Shown here one piece after another: positions 1 to 14,021 of a DNA stretch of 64,000 nucleotides. The stretch is from the human T2T-CHM13v2.0 reference genome, Homo sapiens. Both the position numbers and the translations under genes were made by a program. The stretch's first letter is position 1, and every line of letters starts with the position of its first letter. Location: assembly GCF_009914755.1 (NCBI RefSeq), contig NC_060929.1; one strand, written 5' to 3'. The notes beneath the pieces are model-generated. The model was not told where the DNA came from. It saw nothing but the letters and a program-made list of their open reading frames with translations, and did no database searches.

Positions 1-2175
1 ACTTTTGAGCTTCCTGGATTTGGATGTCCACAATTCTCCAAAGACTTGAGACATTATTAGCTATTATTTTATTAAATAAATTTTCTGTTCCTTTCCCCAT
101 CTCTTCTCCCTCTGACACTCCTATAAACAATCACAGTCACACATCACCTAATGATAGGAACACTATTGGAGAAACGTGTCATTAAATTTTTTTGGTTTGG
201 AACACACCATAGAGTGTAGTTACACAGATCCAGATGACACAGGCTACTACATACCTAGGAAATATGGTATAGCCTATTGCTCTTAGCCTACAAACTGGTA
301 CAGCTTATTACTAAACTGAATACTGTAGGCAGCTGCAACACAACGTTAAGTATTTGTGTATCTAAACATATCTAAACACAGAAAAGATGCAGTAAAAACT
401 ATGGTATTATAATCTTATGGGACCACTGTTTTATATGTATTTAAATCATTGACTGAAACGTTAGATGGTATATGGCCATTTTTGCTTGCTTAATGTTGTC
501 TCAAAGTCCCATAGACTTTCTTCAGTCACTTTTTGTTCTTCATTATTTTTTCCTTTCTTACTGAGTTATTTCAAAGGATGTGTCTTCAATTTAAGAAATT
601 CTTTCTCCTTCTTGATCTTGTCTGTTGTTGAAGCTGTCAGTTGTATTTTTTATTTCATTCATTGAATTCTTCAAGATTTATTTAATGATATATATCTCTC
701 TGAGTTTCTTATTCAGGTTATCAGTTGCTTTCCTGAGTTTACTGAACTGTTTGTCTACATTATCTTATATCTTGCTGAGTTTCCTTAAGATTATTACATT
801 GAATTCTGTTTTAGAAATTTTGTAAATATGTTTTTCTTCATGGTCTATTACTGGAGACTTATTGTATTCCATTGAGGGTGTCACATTTCCTAGATTTTTC
901 TTTTCATTGTGTTTCTATACTGATGTCTGATCATCTAGCAGGACAGTTGGTGTTTCCAATTTTATGGAGTAGTTCTTGTAAAGAGAGACTTTTTCCTGTA
1001 GATAGGTCCCAGGATGTCAGTTGGGTATGGTGAGTTGGCTTTGTTTTAGAATGAACTTAGCAGCTTAACTGAATCTCCATTAAGTTTCTTTAGCCGTAGT
1101 CCTTGTCAGCAATGTTAGCAATTGCCTCAGTGACCTAGGCTACAGGAGTTTGTGATGGTGGTGACATGATTTTGCTGGGAGTAAATGCACTGAGCTGTTT
1201 GTCAGACATAGTACGTGCAGTCATGGCAAACCAATAAGTTTGTACAGTAGGATTTCTGGGGGTGGGAGTGGAGTGTCTCTACTGGGCTGGTTGTCACTCT
1301 GGTTGTTCATGGGAGAAGTAAGCCAGCAGGCTGTGTGGCTGACTCTTCAGGGATGCAGGGCTGCTGGCAGACACCACTGGGCCAGTCATGGATGCAGGTG
1401 TGCTGGTGGGCTGGCTGGCTGAGCAGTGCAGGCACATGTGGGCATAGCTGGACAGTTGGCTGTAAGGAAGCTTCCCCACTGTTTAAGTCCACCTGTTATT
1501 GGAAGAGAGTGTTGTGCTGCATGGGTTTAGAAACTGGGTCCTTGCTTGTTCTGTTGGGTCTAGGTTCCAGGCAGCCAAGATCTTGGTGCTGCAGTCATCA
1601 ACATGAGTGTGGTAGAATGACAATGGGGCCTAAGCATGAAGAGAGTCAGTGGCTACTTGCACTCAGGATAAGATGCACTCTAGCAGTGATTTTGGTTTCA
1701 CGATGGTTCCATGCATTAACAATTTAGATTGCAAAAAGTGGGGAGTGGGGGTCACCATGGGCTCTTACTCTGGGACAATGCAGCTGCACAAACTTCTGGT
1801 AACTAGCCAAACTGGATCCAGGGTCTTTGAGGACTTAGGGACTTTCCTGTATCAAGGACTGCTAGTCCCTGTGGCATCAGTGGCAACTACTGAGGTCTTA
1901 TTTTACCTTTTCCCCATAAGAATTTCCTCCTGACTCTGAGCCAATCCTGACAGGGGAGACAGTGCTGTAGAGGCAGTATGTCTCACTGCCCCCCTCTATG
2001 GTGCTACCCTGTTTTCCATACACAGCAGGGATTTTACTGCTTTCTTGGTGCTCTCCAGTATACTTTCCCAGTTCCTCCAGTAAAGTTATAGCTGTTCATT
2101 TATTGTTTGAGTCTCTTTATGTGTGTGCATGGGGGGAACAAGTACAGATAACTCTAGTCAGCCATCTTATTAATG
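1..2175 (-). mobile_element. Old L1M-class LINE-1, 5' UTR plus degenerate ORF1 region, running off the left edge of the window
   Basis: Ends in ACTCTAGTCAGCCATCTT (2151-2168), the reverse complement of the L1 5'-terminal AAGATGGCTGACTAG motif. The left part resembles antisense L1 ORF1, followed by a GC-richer 5' UTR-like stretch at 950-2170. Confidence 0.7.
134..478 (+). mobile_element. Tigger3a-like (TcMar-Tigger) non-autonomous DNA transposon inserted in the old L1
   Basis: Starts CAGTCA... and contains the diagnostic TATGGTATAGCCTATTGCTCTTAGCCTACAAAC and TATTATAATCTTATGGGACCAC. Length about 345 bp. Confidence 0.8.
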
Positions 2176-3536
2176 CCTATTTGTTTTTTAATCAACAATC
2201 GTTTTGATGGTCATTGTTCCAAGATTATTGATTTTTCATGTAACTCTAGGATGTGCCATTTCCATTAGCCAAGCTCCTTGTAATCCTGAAACCAAAGAGA
2301 CTTACTTTTTCATTTCAAGAGATATATTGTTATGAATGGCTGTTAGAGAGGAATGACTTGTTTTTTCTACTCTACAATTCAGTGGTGCTAGGTTTCAACA
2401 GGTGTCTCCTGGATTTAAGCTTTTCAAGAGAATAAATTCTAGGTTGAGACACCAAAAATTTAACAGAAGTTATTGATTCTGTTACCCAATTGCTTGACAA
2501 TAATTATTGAAGACAAATTAGTTCTTCCTTTTGTCCTCTCTTTCCAACAGAATATCACTCTTATTGCCAGAAAATATATTGTGTTGGGAAACAATAAAAG
2601 AAAAGCAATAAAAGAAAAAGATGAACAGGACTTCATTGGATAAATGGAAAATAACTGATCTCTTATCACTGTAAATTCTTAGAGACCAACTGCTGTAGCT
2701 GAAAAGGATCAATAAACCCACAACTAACATCAAACAACAGCATCTCTGTTAAACATAACCACTATACCATGGAGCTATTGTGCTATATCTCTTCTCTCAT
2801 CTTAAAACAAATATTCGTATTTAAAAAAAGAGTTTTAGAAGTCTAACAGAGCCTTTATAAAGGCCATTACTCTCCAAAAATTTAGGGCCCATATCAATCT
2901 TTAAAGTTTTTATTTTCAATACCTAGCTTAGTACCAGAAACTTTTTTCTATATCTTCTTTCGTGAACTTCGGTAGTCTGAAAAAGACATGTCTGTGTTGG
3001 GGACCTCACAGCAAATGGTAGCTGGGAATCAGTTCTCTCTCTAGTTTATAATCCATTGCACTTCTAATAGAAATGATCAGGACTTATCGAATACACTGAA
3101 TTCTGTCAACTCACATAGTGACAAACAATACAGCCAGGAATAATTTTGATGTAAACAGAAGTACTATAAAAACAACTAATAGAGTTTTATGTAGCTCTGC
3201 TGATTTCATTTTTGGTACTATTGCATAAATTTTGACCAGAAAAACATTCTGTCAGTGAATGAATTGGACTCAGGGATCTAGAACATTCTCAAAACCAGAT
3301 AAAGGCTGTATTCACTTTATTCTTTGGGTGTGTAGGAGATCAGATATTCAATCTTTTCTTTTTAGTTTATAGATCCCAGATTAAGAGAAGCTAAATTCCA
3401 AAATCTGCATTTAGACATGAGGTAAATCATGAGACCCAGGCTTCACATATAATACTATGATTGAATGGAACTTTTAGAAGGTATTAAGCTGGGCTCAGCA
3501 TATTTTTAATATGGTAAGAATGTGAATAATTATATC

Positions 3537-4015
3537 CAGAGAGGCTGGTTATTTGCAAAATTTATTTACTGATTATTTGCAAAAGAGGCTTTATTTATGC
3601 CCTTTCCTGTATCCATTACCTTTTGTAATTTCACCTTGAGACATTTCCCATCAAGATTGAAGTCTTTCTGTCTACATTTTGAATCTGAGTTAAGTTTGTG
3701 AGTAGAATGTGGCAGAAGATACATTGTGTTATTTCTGAGCCTAGGCTTAAGAGCACTTGCACATATCTACTCATTGTCTTGAATTATTGCTAATATTGTG
3801 TACAAAACCAAGGCTAGCTTTCTAGATGATAAGAAAGACGAGGCTCTCTTTCTCCTATTGCTCCAATCAATAGGCAGGCAAACCCCATAAGAGCTTCCTA
3901 GCTGACTAGCAGCTGGCTGACAACCCATTCAGGACCAGAATAACTTCCACTAGAGTTCGCCCCAATTTTTGATCCACAAAATTGTGAACTAAATATAGAA
4001 TTGTTGTTTTAAATA
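3537..4015 (+). mobile_element. MLT1G/H-like MaLR solo LTR
   Basis: TTCCCATCAAGA, AGAATGTGGCAGAAG, TTCTGAGCCTAGGCTTAAGAG and the 3' CCACAAAATTGTGAACTAAA...TTGTTGTTTTAA motifs typical of MLT1. Confidence 0.55.
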
Positions 4016-4019
4016 ATGC

Positions 4020-5260
4020 ATGGTGTATGGACAGAAAAAGTAACCAATGGAATGAATGGAGAGTCTACATGCTAGGCATATAAGACCTTTTGATTTCCAA
4101 AAAAAAGTTGGGCCTGCTGGATGGTGAATAAAGAAAGATATTTTTCATAAATAATATTGAGGCAAATAAATAACCAAAACAATGTAATAATAATAATAAT
4201 AATAAAGCTTGCCTCCTGCTTCACAAATACATAAATATTAATTTCAGATGAACAGTGGATCTAAATGCAAAAGGCAAAATGAAGTCTTCTGAATATTTTA
4301 ACATGCTTGAAATACAAAGATATTGCTGAAGTGAAACAGAAAAAATGATGATCATAAAAAAGAGATTCATAAAATGGACTTCAAAAAAGGTCATGAACTC
4401 AAATTTTATGAAAAAGTACACGTAAGTACAAAAGGGCCAATAATGTTAAACATGTGCAAGAGTTTTTAATGTGAAATAAAAAAGTCAGTATCCCAAAATG
4501 TTAACATGAGAAATAAAATTAGAAAAAAGCATCGATAAATCAAGTTTGATAGAAAGCAAAGATGGTAGTAAAGTATTTAAATATACTTATAATTACAATA
4601 AATGTAAATGGGCTAAAGTCACCAAAAAAAAGAACAGAAATTGTTAAGTTTGATAAAAATGTAAATTTGTGCCATTTATCAGAGCCATATTTAAAAGACA
4701 ATTAAAATAAAGGTTTAGACTAAAATAATGGAAGTTTAATATTAGATAAAAACTAATGAAAGGAAAAATTACATAGTTATAATAATAGACAAAATATATA
4801 AAGTTATGAAATGATAAAATAATTACTTTTTTCAGAAGATATAAATATTTTAAGCTTGTATCTACTAGAAGAGCCTTAAAGACCATAAAGAAAAAATGGC
4901 CAGAACTACCAGAGGAGAGACAAATCTTAAATCACAGTGGAAGATCTTTACAGATTTCTCCTGACACAATGAACATACACCAACATTCCTTTCAACCATG
5001 TCTATAAAATGTAATCAAACTTGTCATATACTAGGCTAGCCTCAACAATTAATATAAAAGCAATCACTATCATACAGATCAAATTCTGTCACCAGATTAA
5101 ATTTATCTTGGAAATTGATAACAAAAATATGATTAAAACACCCAATATTTTTGAAAATGAAAAAATGGAAGCTCTACATACCTCATGGGTCAAATAAATG
5201 ACCATAATGGAAATCAAAAGAGCATGTGTAATATGATGCCATTTAAAAATTATATTTCAG
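4020..5260 (+). mobile_element. Highly diverged L1ME/L1MC ORF2 fragments
   Basis: A-rich, with L1-like motifs such as AATGTAAATGGGCTAAA, CATATACTAGGC and CTCATGGGTCAAA in scrambled order. Confidence 0.5.
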
Positions 5261-7049
5261 TACTGTAAATATTTTTGCCTAGAGGGATATCTAAAGAGTA
5301 GTCAGATAAAGGTCAACTCCAAGTATTTCAGGGTAATAGGATTTCACATGATTTTCATTTACTTCTGAAAAGTCCGCTTTTTTTTCCCACATGAAAATGT
5401 TTCATTTTAAAAAATAACAGTTTTATATCCTATTGAAACAGAGAAAGAGAAGCTTTAGGATGGTTGACTAGTTGCATTTCATGCTCACTTCATGCACTTA
5501 AAAGAGCCAAAGGAGTGTACAGATAAGCACACCTCAAATGCAATATCCAAGAGAGGGCAATGGAATTGAGCAGAAAAGTGACAGGAAACACTGGGAACAG
5601 AGAGGTAAGAGAGACAGCCTACTTGGTCAGGATCAGATGGAACCTGTAAGTGACTTCCTAATGCAGGGAAAAGGTAAGTTAGAGAGTTCTAGTGGCCCAT
5701 ATTCCCTCCAAAGAATCATACAATTCTGGTCATGGGAGAGGCCCTTGACCTTTCTAACTCCTGAAGCTGACACAGGCAGCCACCAGGAGACCATGGTATG
5801 AAACTGCTCTTGAGAGGGAGCTCATGCTGGATTCTATACACTTTCTGAGACCTAAGCAGCCGCTGCAAGGTGCCATTTTCAAACCTAACTTTTGGCAGAC
5901 TGCATTCTGTTCTGGGACCCAGAAGCATTGGGTCTGGGGCATTAGGGAAATGTGTTGTTGCTACTGAGACTGCAGTGCAAACTGGGAGTGCTCCTGCAGC
6001 TGGGGCTGAGAAGCCAGTGAGGCATGAACCGCAGCTGCTGGTGCTGGGAAGTAAGCACTGCCAGGACTGAGACTGAAATGCTAGCAGGGCACAAGTTGCC
6101 AGTGAGACTTAGTTAGGGACTGGGCAAGGGCTTTTGCAGCTGGGGTTGGGGAGTAAGCCCTGTCAAACTGGGGCATAAGAGAAAAACATCTTCCCTACCT
6201 GCTTACCCAGGCTATAGCCAGCAAGGTCACCCCAACCTCTCCAGTGGAAGGACCTCAGCATGGCTCACTTGAACACTCTGCCTTGTGTTTGAGAATCATC
6301 CCACCCCTGCCCACCATGGGCGGTGCCTCCTACTCTCAGCATTAGGATGCCTGAGCACAAGCCTGCCTTACACCTCCCCAAGACAGAGCACATAGCCCAG
6401 CGTCTTGGGGATTGCCCAGCCCAGTCAACATCTTGGGCACCTCAGCACTCCTCCCAGAAGCCTGGAGTTGGGCCTAAACTCCCATTTGCTGTTACCTCAA
6501 CTGACACCTACCTTCAAGAGTCATCAGCAGGCCTGGAGACTAACTCACCCAGCCTACCGCAGCCATTGACAAAATCAATGTATGCTGCTCAAGACTCAGA
6601 TAATCATCCCACCACTGCCATTACCCATGCTATGCCAGCTTCCAAGGGGCCCCAGAACCCACCCACCTACCCATTTCACCATTGCTGCCATTAGCAGCTG
6701 ATCAAGCCGCTTGGAGGCCAAAGAATTGGTCCACCAATAACTGCCAACCCAGTGCCAGTATAAATCACTATTTGGCACAAATATAGGCATGCTTAGCACA
6801 CCACTGCCATCACTGGAGCCTGGAAATTTGCTCAACTGGCATCCCAAGCCCCCGTGCAACTTCACCAAACAGCTTCCGTTAATAATCTCACCCCAATGTG
6901 CCAAATAAATCACGTATACCCCAGCACTGTTTACAGCCAAATAAATCATACAGATACCACTACTGCATGCACCCAGAATCAAAGCCAAAGTGTGCTACCC
7001 AACAAACACCATAGATACACCTTTATGAAAAAGTCCTACCTTGTGAAAG

Positions 7050-8033
7050 TAAATTCAAAAATAGGAAGAAGCAACTGGTACACCAGATGCACAGATATCA
7101 ATGTAAGGATGCAGGAAACATTAAAAAGCCAGTAAATATGACATCCCAAAGAAACCAAATTATTCTCCAGGAGTATATTTTCATCAAAAAGACATTTTTG
7201 AAATTCCAGATAAAATATTGATTTTAAAGAAGGTTAGTAAGATACAAAAGAATTCTTAAAAATTACAAATAAACAAGAAAGACAATTCAGTATATGAATG
7301 AGAAATTTACCAAATAGATACTATAAAAGAAACACATAGAAATTCTGGAACTGAAAAAAATTCATTGAGGGAAACACAAAATACACTTGAAAGCTTCAAC
7401 ATTAGACTAGGTAAAGCAGGAGAAAGAAACTCAGAACTTGAAAACTGGTTTTTGAAATAATTCAGTACAACAAGAATAAAGACAAAGGAATAAAAAAATG
7501 ACCAAAGTCTTTGTGACATTTGGAACATAAAGCAACTGAACATTTCAATTTTTAGAATCCCTGAGGTTAAAGAGAAATGAAAGAATTAGAAAGCACAATT
7601 AATAAAATAATACATATAAATTTCCCAAGTCTAGCAAGAGATTTAGAAATCCAAATACAGGAGGTTTAGCAATCCCCAGACAGATACAATGTAAAACGGT
7701 TTCCATGACATATTACAGTCAGATTATCTAAAGTCAAACATAAAGAATTAATACTAGACAGCAAGAGAAAATCATGTGGTTACCTATAAAAGAAACCTTA
7801 TCAGAATAACAGCAGATTTCTCAGCAGATACCTTACAGGCCAGAGAAGAAAGAGACAAAATATTCAAAGTGTTGAAAAAAATAAACTGCCAGCCAAGAAT
7901 AATACATCCAGCAAAATTATTCTTTATAAATGAAAGAGAAATAAGGTCTTTCACAGACAAGCTAATGTTGAAGAAATTTATTAGCACTAGACTGATCCTA
8001 CAAGAAATGCTGAAGGGAGTCCCACATCTGTAA
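7050..8033 (+). pseudogene. ORF1: Degenerate LINE-1 ORF1p (RNA-binding protein) of the L1MA3-like element
   Basis: C-terminal fragment IRITADFSADTLQAREERDKIFKVLKKINCQPRIIHPAKLFFINEREI is homologous to L1 ORF1p. Upstream frames are disrupted and the start position is approximate. Confidence 0.75.
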
Positions 8034-8209
8034 GTGAAAAGAGAATATTTACCATTATGAAAATACTAAAGTATAAAGCTCACTGGTTAAGCAATGACTC
8101 AGAGGAGAAAGAGAAAGGACTCAAAGATAACACTATAGAAGTCCACCAAGCCATAATGACAGCAATAAGAGCAAAGATTATATAAAACAACCAGAAAACA
8201 GTGAACAAT

Positions 8210-11200
8210 ATGACAGGAACAAAGCCTCACATATCAGTAATAACCATGTATGTAAATGGATCAAATTATCTACTTAAAAGATATAGAATGATTCAACTGA
8301 TAAAAAGACATTATTCAATTATGTTCTTACTAGAAGAAACTCACCTTACCAGTAAAGACACATACAGACTGAAAGTAAAGATATGGAAAAAGATATTCTA
8401 TGCAAACAGAAACAAAAAAGGCAGGAGTATCTATACAACAAACTTTAAGTCAAAAAAAAAATTTAAAAAGACAACAAAAGCCATATATAATGATAAAAGA
8501 ATCAATCTGATAAATGAATATAATAATTCTAAATATGTATGTACCTAACAATTGGAGCACCCAAATACATAAAACAAGTATTACTAAATCTAAAGAGAGA
8601 GACGAACTGTAATACAATAATAGTGAAGTACTTCAACACCACACTTTCAGCATTAGACAGATAATCTATACAGAAAACCAGCAAGGAAACATTGAATGTA
8701 AACTGGACATTAGAACAAATGGACCAAATAGACAATTATAGAACATTCTGTTCAACAGCTGCAGAATATACATATTTTCATCAGCACATGGAACATTTTC
8801 CAGGCTGAGCCATATGTTAGGTCACAAAGCAAATCTGAAAAAAATTTTAAAAATAAAAATCATATCAAGTATCTTCTCTAGACCATAGTGGAATAGCACT
8901 AGATATTAATACCAAGAGGAACTTGAGAAACTATAGAAATACATGGAAGTTAAACAACATGCTCCTGAATGACCATTGGGTCAATGAAGAAATTCAGATG
9001 GAAATCAGAAAAATTCTTGAAACAAATGAAAATGGACCCATCATGTACCAACACCTGTAGGATACAGCAAAAGCAGTATTAAGAAGGAAGTTATAGCAAG
9101 AAATGTCTGGAACAAAAAAGTAGAAAGATTTCAAATTAACAGTTTAATTATATACCTCAAGAAACTAGAAAAGCAAAAACAAACTAAACTCCAAATTAGC
9201 AGAAGAAAGGAAATAATAAATATCAGAGCAGAACAAAATGAAATAGAGACCAAAAATGCAAAAAATCAACAAAATGTTAGTTATTCATAAAGATTATATA
9301 CATACATAAATTCTAACTAGACTTACCAGGAAAAAAGGAGAGAAGACTCAAACAAATAAAATCAGAAATAAAAAGGGACACATTACAACTGATATCACAA
9401 AAACATAAGGATGAGCTGAGACTATTATTAACAACTGTTCATTGACAAATTGAAGAACCCAGAGGAAATGGATAAATTGATGGAAACATACAACCTACCC
9501 AGATTGAATCAGGAAGAAATAGAAAATGAACTGAGCAATAGTGAGCAGCAAGATGGAATCAGTAATAAAGTCTCCCAACAAAGAAAAGCCCAGGACCAGA
9601 TGAAGTCACATCCAAATTCTACCCAATGTACAAAGAACTAATGCTTAGTCTCCTGAAACTATTTTAAGGACTTAAGAGGAGGGAATTCTAGCTAATTCAT
9701 TCTAAGAAGCCAGTATCACTCTGAGATTAATGTTAGACAAGGACACAAGAACAACAACAACAAAAACTACAGGAAAATATTCTTGAACATAGATGCAAAA
9801 CTCCTCAACAAAATATTACCTAACCAAATTCAAAAGTACATCAAGAAGATAATACAGCATCATTAAGGGGGATTTTCCCCAGCAATGCAAGGATGGTTCA
9901 ACATAATGCAAATTAATACACATACTACATCAAATCACAGAATCAAAGATATGATTATCTCAATAGATGCAGAAATGGCATTTGATACAATTCAAAACTT
10001 CATGATAAAAACTCTCAGAAAACTCGGCACAGAAGGAACACACCTCAAAATAATCAAGGCCAAATGTGACATACCCATAGTTAACATCATACTGAATGGG
10101 ATAAAGTTGAAAGCCTTTTCTCTAAGTAGTGGAACAAGAAAAAAGACCAGGATACCCATCTTCACCACTCCCATTCTACATAGTACTAGAGATCCTAACC
10201 AGAGAAATTAGGCAAGCTATGGTAATAAAAGGTAGCCAAATTGAAAAAGAGGAAGTCAGATTGTCCCTGCCTGATGATATGATTGTATAACTAGAAAAAT
10301 TTAAAAACTCTACCAAAATAGTCTTAGGTTTGATAAATAAATACCATAAAGTTGCAAGGTCCAAAATCAACGTGCAATAATTAGTAGCATTTCTATATAC
10401 CAATAATAATCTACCTGAGAAATAAATAAGGCAATTCCCTTTACAGTAGTTAGAAACAATACCTAGGAAAAATTTTAACCCAGAATGTGTAAGATCTCTA
10501 TTTAAAAATCCACAAAATACAGAAGAAAGAAATTGCAGATGACACAAAAGAGTGGCAAAATATCCCTTGATCATGTATTGCAAAAATGAATATCATTAAA
10601 ATGATCATATTGCCCAAAGCAATCTACAGATTCAATTCAATCTCTAGGGAAACACCAACACCATTGTTAATATAAATTTTTAAAAACTAAAATTCATAGG
10701 AAGTCAAAAAAGAGACTGAATAGCCAATGAAGATCCTAAAAATGCTAGAAGGAAGTCTAAGAAAAACTCTCCTGGACATTGGTCCAGGGAAAGAATTTGT
10801 GACTAAGACCTCATAAGCACAGGCAACAAAAACAAAAATAGACAAATGGGACCTAACTAAATCAAAAGCTCCTGTGTAACAAAAGAAATAATCAACAGAT
10901 TGAAGAGACAACTGTTGATTTGGAGAAAATATGTGCAAACCATTCATTTGACAGGGGACTAATATCACACATATACAAGGAACTTAAACAAGTCAACAGG
11001 AGAGAAATCAACAATCTCATTAAAAAGTAGGCCTAGGACATGAATAGACTTTCTCAAAAGAAGACATAAAAATGACCACAGGTATATGAAAAATGCTCAA
11101 CATCAGTAATTATCAGAGAAATACAGGTCAAAAGCATAATGAGATATCATCTTACTTCAGTTATAATAGCCATTATTTAATAAGACAAAAACAAAACAAA

Positions 11201-11679
11201 ACAAAACAAGAAAAACAAGAAAACCCCAAATCCAAAACAGATGTTGGCAAGAATGTGGAGAAAAAGGAACTCTTACACACGGTTGGTGGGAATGTAAACT
11301 AGAACAACTCCTATGGAAAGCAGTATGAAGATTCCTCAAAAAACTAAAAATAGAATTATCATTTGATCTAGCAATCTCACTATTGGATATCTATTCAAAG
11401 GAAAAGAAATTAATATATGAAAAGGGTACCTAAACTTGCTCATTTATTGCAGCACTATTCACAGTAGCAAAGGTATAAAAGCAACCTAAATGTCCATCAG
11501 TGAATTAATGGATAAAGCAAATGTGGCATATATACCAAATGGAATATTATTTAGCCATAAAAAATGAAATTATGTTATTTGCAGCAACATGGAAGTAACT
11601 GGAGGACATTATGTTAAGTGAGATAAGCCAGGTACAAAAAGACAAATATCATATGTTCTCACTTGTATGTGGGAGCTAA
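8210..11679 (+). pseudogene. ORF2: Degenerate LINE-1 ORF2p (endonuclease/reverse transcriptase) of the L1MA3-like element
   Basis: ATG at 8210 (MTGTKPHISVITMYVNG). Fragments [23 protein letters not shown] and MQGWFNI...[12 protein letters not shown]. Many stops and frameshifts. Confidence 0.8.
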
Positions 11680-12971
11680 AAAATTTGATCACGTGGAGGT
11701 AAAGAGTGGAAACTTAGATCAAGAATTGGGAATGGTGAGTGGTGGTTGGGGCAAAGGTGGAGAAAAGTAGGTTAAAAGATACACAAACTTATATGAAAGT
11801 AATAAATTCAATTTCTGATAGCAGAGTAGGGTTACTATAGTTAACAAAAAATGTATTGTACTTCAGTGATGGACACCCTAAATATCCTGATTTGATCACT
11901 ATGCATTATATACATGTAACAAAATTTCACTGTACCCCATAAATGTATACAAATAACAGTTAAAATAAAAGAATTGGAAACATATAAGAATAAAGTAGTT
12001 ATGAAAATTGCATGGTATTTATGTTGTACATAATAAACATACACAATTTTTATTTGCCAATTACAAAATAGAATATAAAAATTAAAATAAATATTATCAA
12101 AAATATTTTTGTTATATATAGATTATTGGTTTTCAGAGAATGATATAAAAGCTATGAAGATTGGTTATTGAGACAATGACCAACGTAGGAATTGATAGAA
12201 TAGAAGTGAAGTCAGCCAAAGCAAAATTTTAAAAAGGAAAGAAAGTTAACAGTGAATTGGCTGCAAGGTCACAAAGAATCATGATCTATTGTTGAACTGA
12301 TACAATATACTCTACTCTTGCCTCTACCCAACTCTCACCCAACAGTATAGCTTCATGCAGAAAATGCACATGTGGTCTGCTTTAAATCAACATATTTTAA
12401 AACATATTATTCTTTAAAAAGCAATAATCCATATATAACAAAAGCAACCTTTTTGTTTATACTGTTTATTTTATTTTTGTTATTTTTGCCCAAATTCTAA
12501 TGTTAAAAAGAGATTTTCAAAAATTATAAGAATTATCACCAACACTTCTGAAATTAGCTATCATCTACATGTAGAAAAAGCATGAGATCCTGTAACACGG
12601 AAAGGAAGGGGTATTGCCTGTGTGATTAGAAAAGTATCCTATTGTAAAATTTTTCATGGAAATCTGTCAAATCCAAGTCATTGGTTCCCATTTGTGAGCT
12701 ATGGACTCTTGGGGGACTTTGCAGTTTTGTCCAATAGTTACTGAATTTATAGCTATGTTCAACTTTCTTGATGAACCAAAAATTTATCTTCCATATACAT
12801 TTCTAAATATGTATGGATGCTGCAGGCATTCATAACATTAAAATTGACCTAAAATTCATTGTTGAAATCTTAGTAAGATTTGCCATTGTACAAGCTCCCA
12901 ATCAAGAGACTCGAAAAGCATACATATTTTCATGTAGATTTCAACTATATTTTTATTTTGAAATGAATCTT

Positions 12972-13020
12972 CATATTTAAAAACTACTGACTTAGGCATA
13001 TTTAAAACTACTGACCTTGG
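12972..13020. repeat. Tandem duplication, about 25 bp unit x2
   Basis: CATATTTAAAAACTACTGACTTAGG followed by CATATTTAAAACTACTGACCTTGG. Confidence 0.85.
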
Positions 13021-14021
13021 CAGTGCTACTAAGATATTAGACAGTGCCCACATTTCAGTTACTTAATTCATGAGTCAGAACGGTGTTAAAAGTTAGAGGG
13101 ATGAAACCAGCAATTAGGTGTGTGGGGTAGTTTATCAGATACCTGGGATGTACCAAGTATTCTTATACAGCAATAGCAGAATGCAGGTTTATTGTTCTCT
13201 CACTCCCTGGGAGAGGTCTTTTTGGTCAGATGAAGAAAAAGAATAAAAATCTTCCTAGTCTAATAATACATATACATTCTGAAGAAGGCTGTCAGTATTA
13301 ACATGAGAAATACTTGTTTTCTATGGGAAATTACACTCTGAACTTGCTAAGGCTTATTCAGTGATGTATAGGATCCAGAGGCCCTACTCCTCACCCCTCT
13401 AAACTGATGTCGAGAGTTTGGATTCTGGAGGTAATGCTAGTGGAAGGAGGGAGCAAAAAATTGCACAGATTGCTTGGAGAGAGAGAAAGATTAGGAAGGA
13501 ATACAGACTCATAAATTTTCATGTGATATTGAATTTAATGAACTGAGAGGTAATTTGATTGAAAATGGAAAGAAATATTTGCACCAACATCTGGACTCCA
13601 AGATTTTATCATCATCCAGTAGCATTGTGGTAAGTAATATATTTGAAATGTTAACTCACGTTTTCTCTCCCGTTCAAGCAGATACTGGTCTATACATACT
13701 GCCACAAGGGAGAAATACAGAGCAGAAGGCACGTTGATTTTTAGCCTCTTTCTAGATTATATGTTCAAAAGCCCTTGGGCTTTAAGGTAATATGGACACA
13801 ACTATGCAATGAATAAGCACCTGGGAACCAAAAATTTAAGGAAAGTGGATCTTCCCCTGGAAATTTAAAAATAATTTCCCAGTTAAAAAAATTACATAGA
13901 AGGTAACTGCTGAGATTAGAGTTGTGAATGGGTCCCAAAGAGGTGTGCTATTGGTCATTAGTGCTGCATATCCAATATATCTGCTTAACCTGCACCCCTA
14001 TGTTAGGAAACATAGTAGGAT

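Larger units (their letters stand above)
5450..11970 (+). mobile_element. Near full-length old LINE-1 (L1MA3-like 3' end) with an internal ORF2 deletion
   Basis: 5' GGATGGTTGACTAG motif, a long GC-richer 5' UTR, ORF1 homology (7776-8033 MVTYKRNLIRITADFS...) and ORF2 homology (MTGTKPHISVIT..., MQGWFNI...). The 3' UTR contains GATAGCAGAGTAGGGTTACTATAGTTAACAAAAAATGTATTGTAC...GGACACCCTAAA, typical of L1MA3. Confidence 0.85.

Noticed and set aside
5538-7135. Cluster of 60-130 aa ORFs on both strands
   Set aside because: They lie in the GC-richer 5' UTR of the L1MA3-like element, where stop codons are rarer. No recognisable domain.
5430-11990. Possible TSD of the L1MA3-like element (ATTGAAACAGAGAAAGA versus ATTGGAAACATATAAGAA)
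   Set aside because: Too degenerate and A-rich to distinguish from chance.
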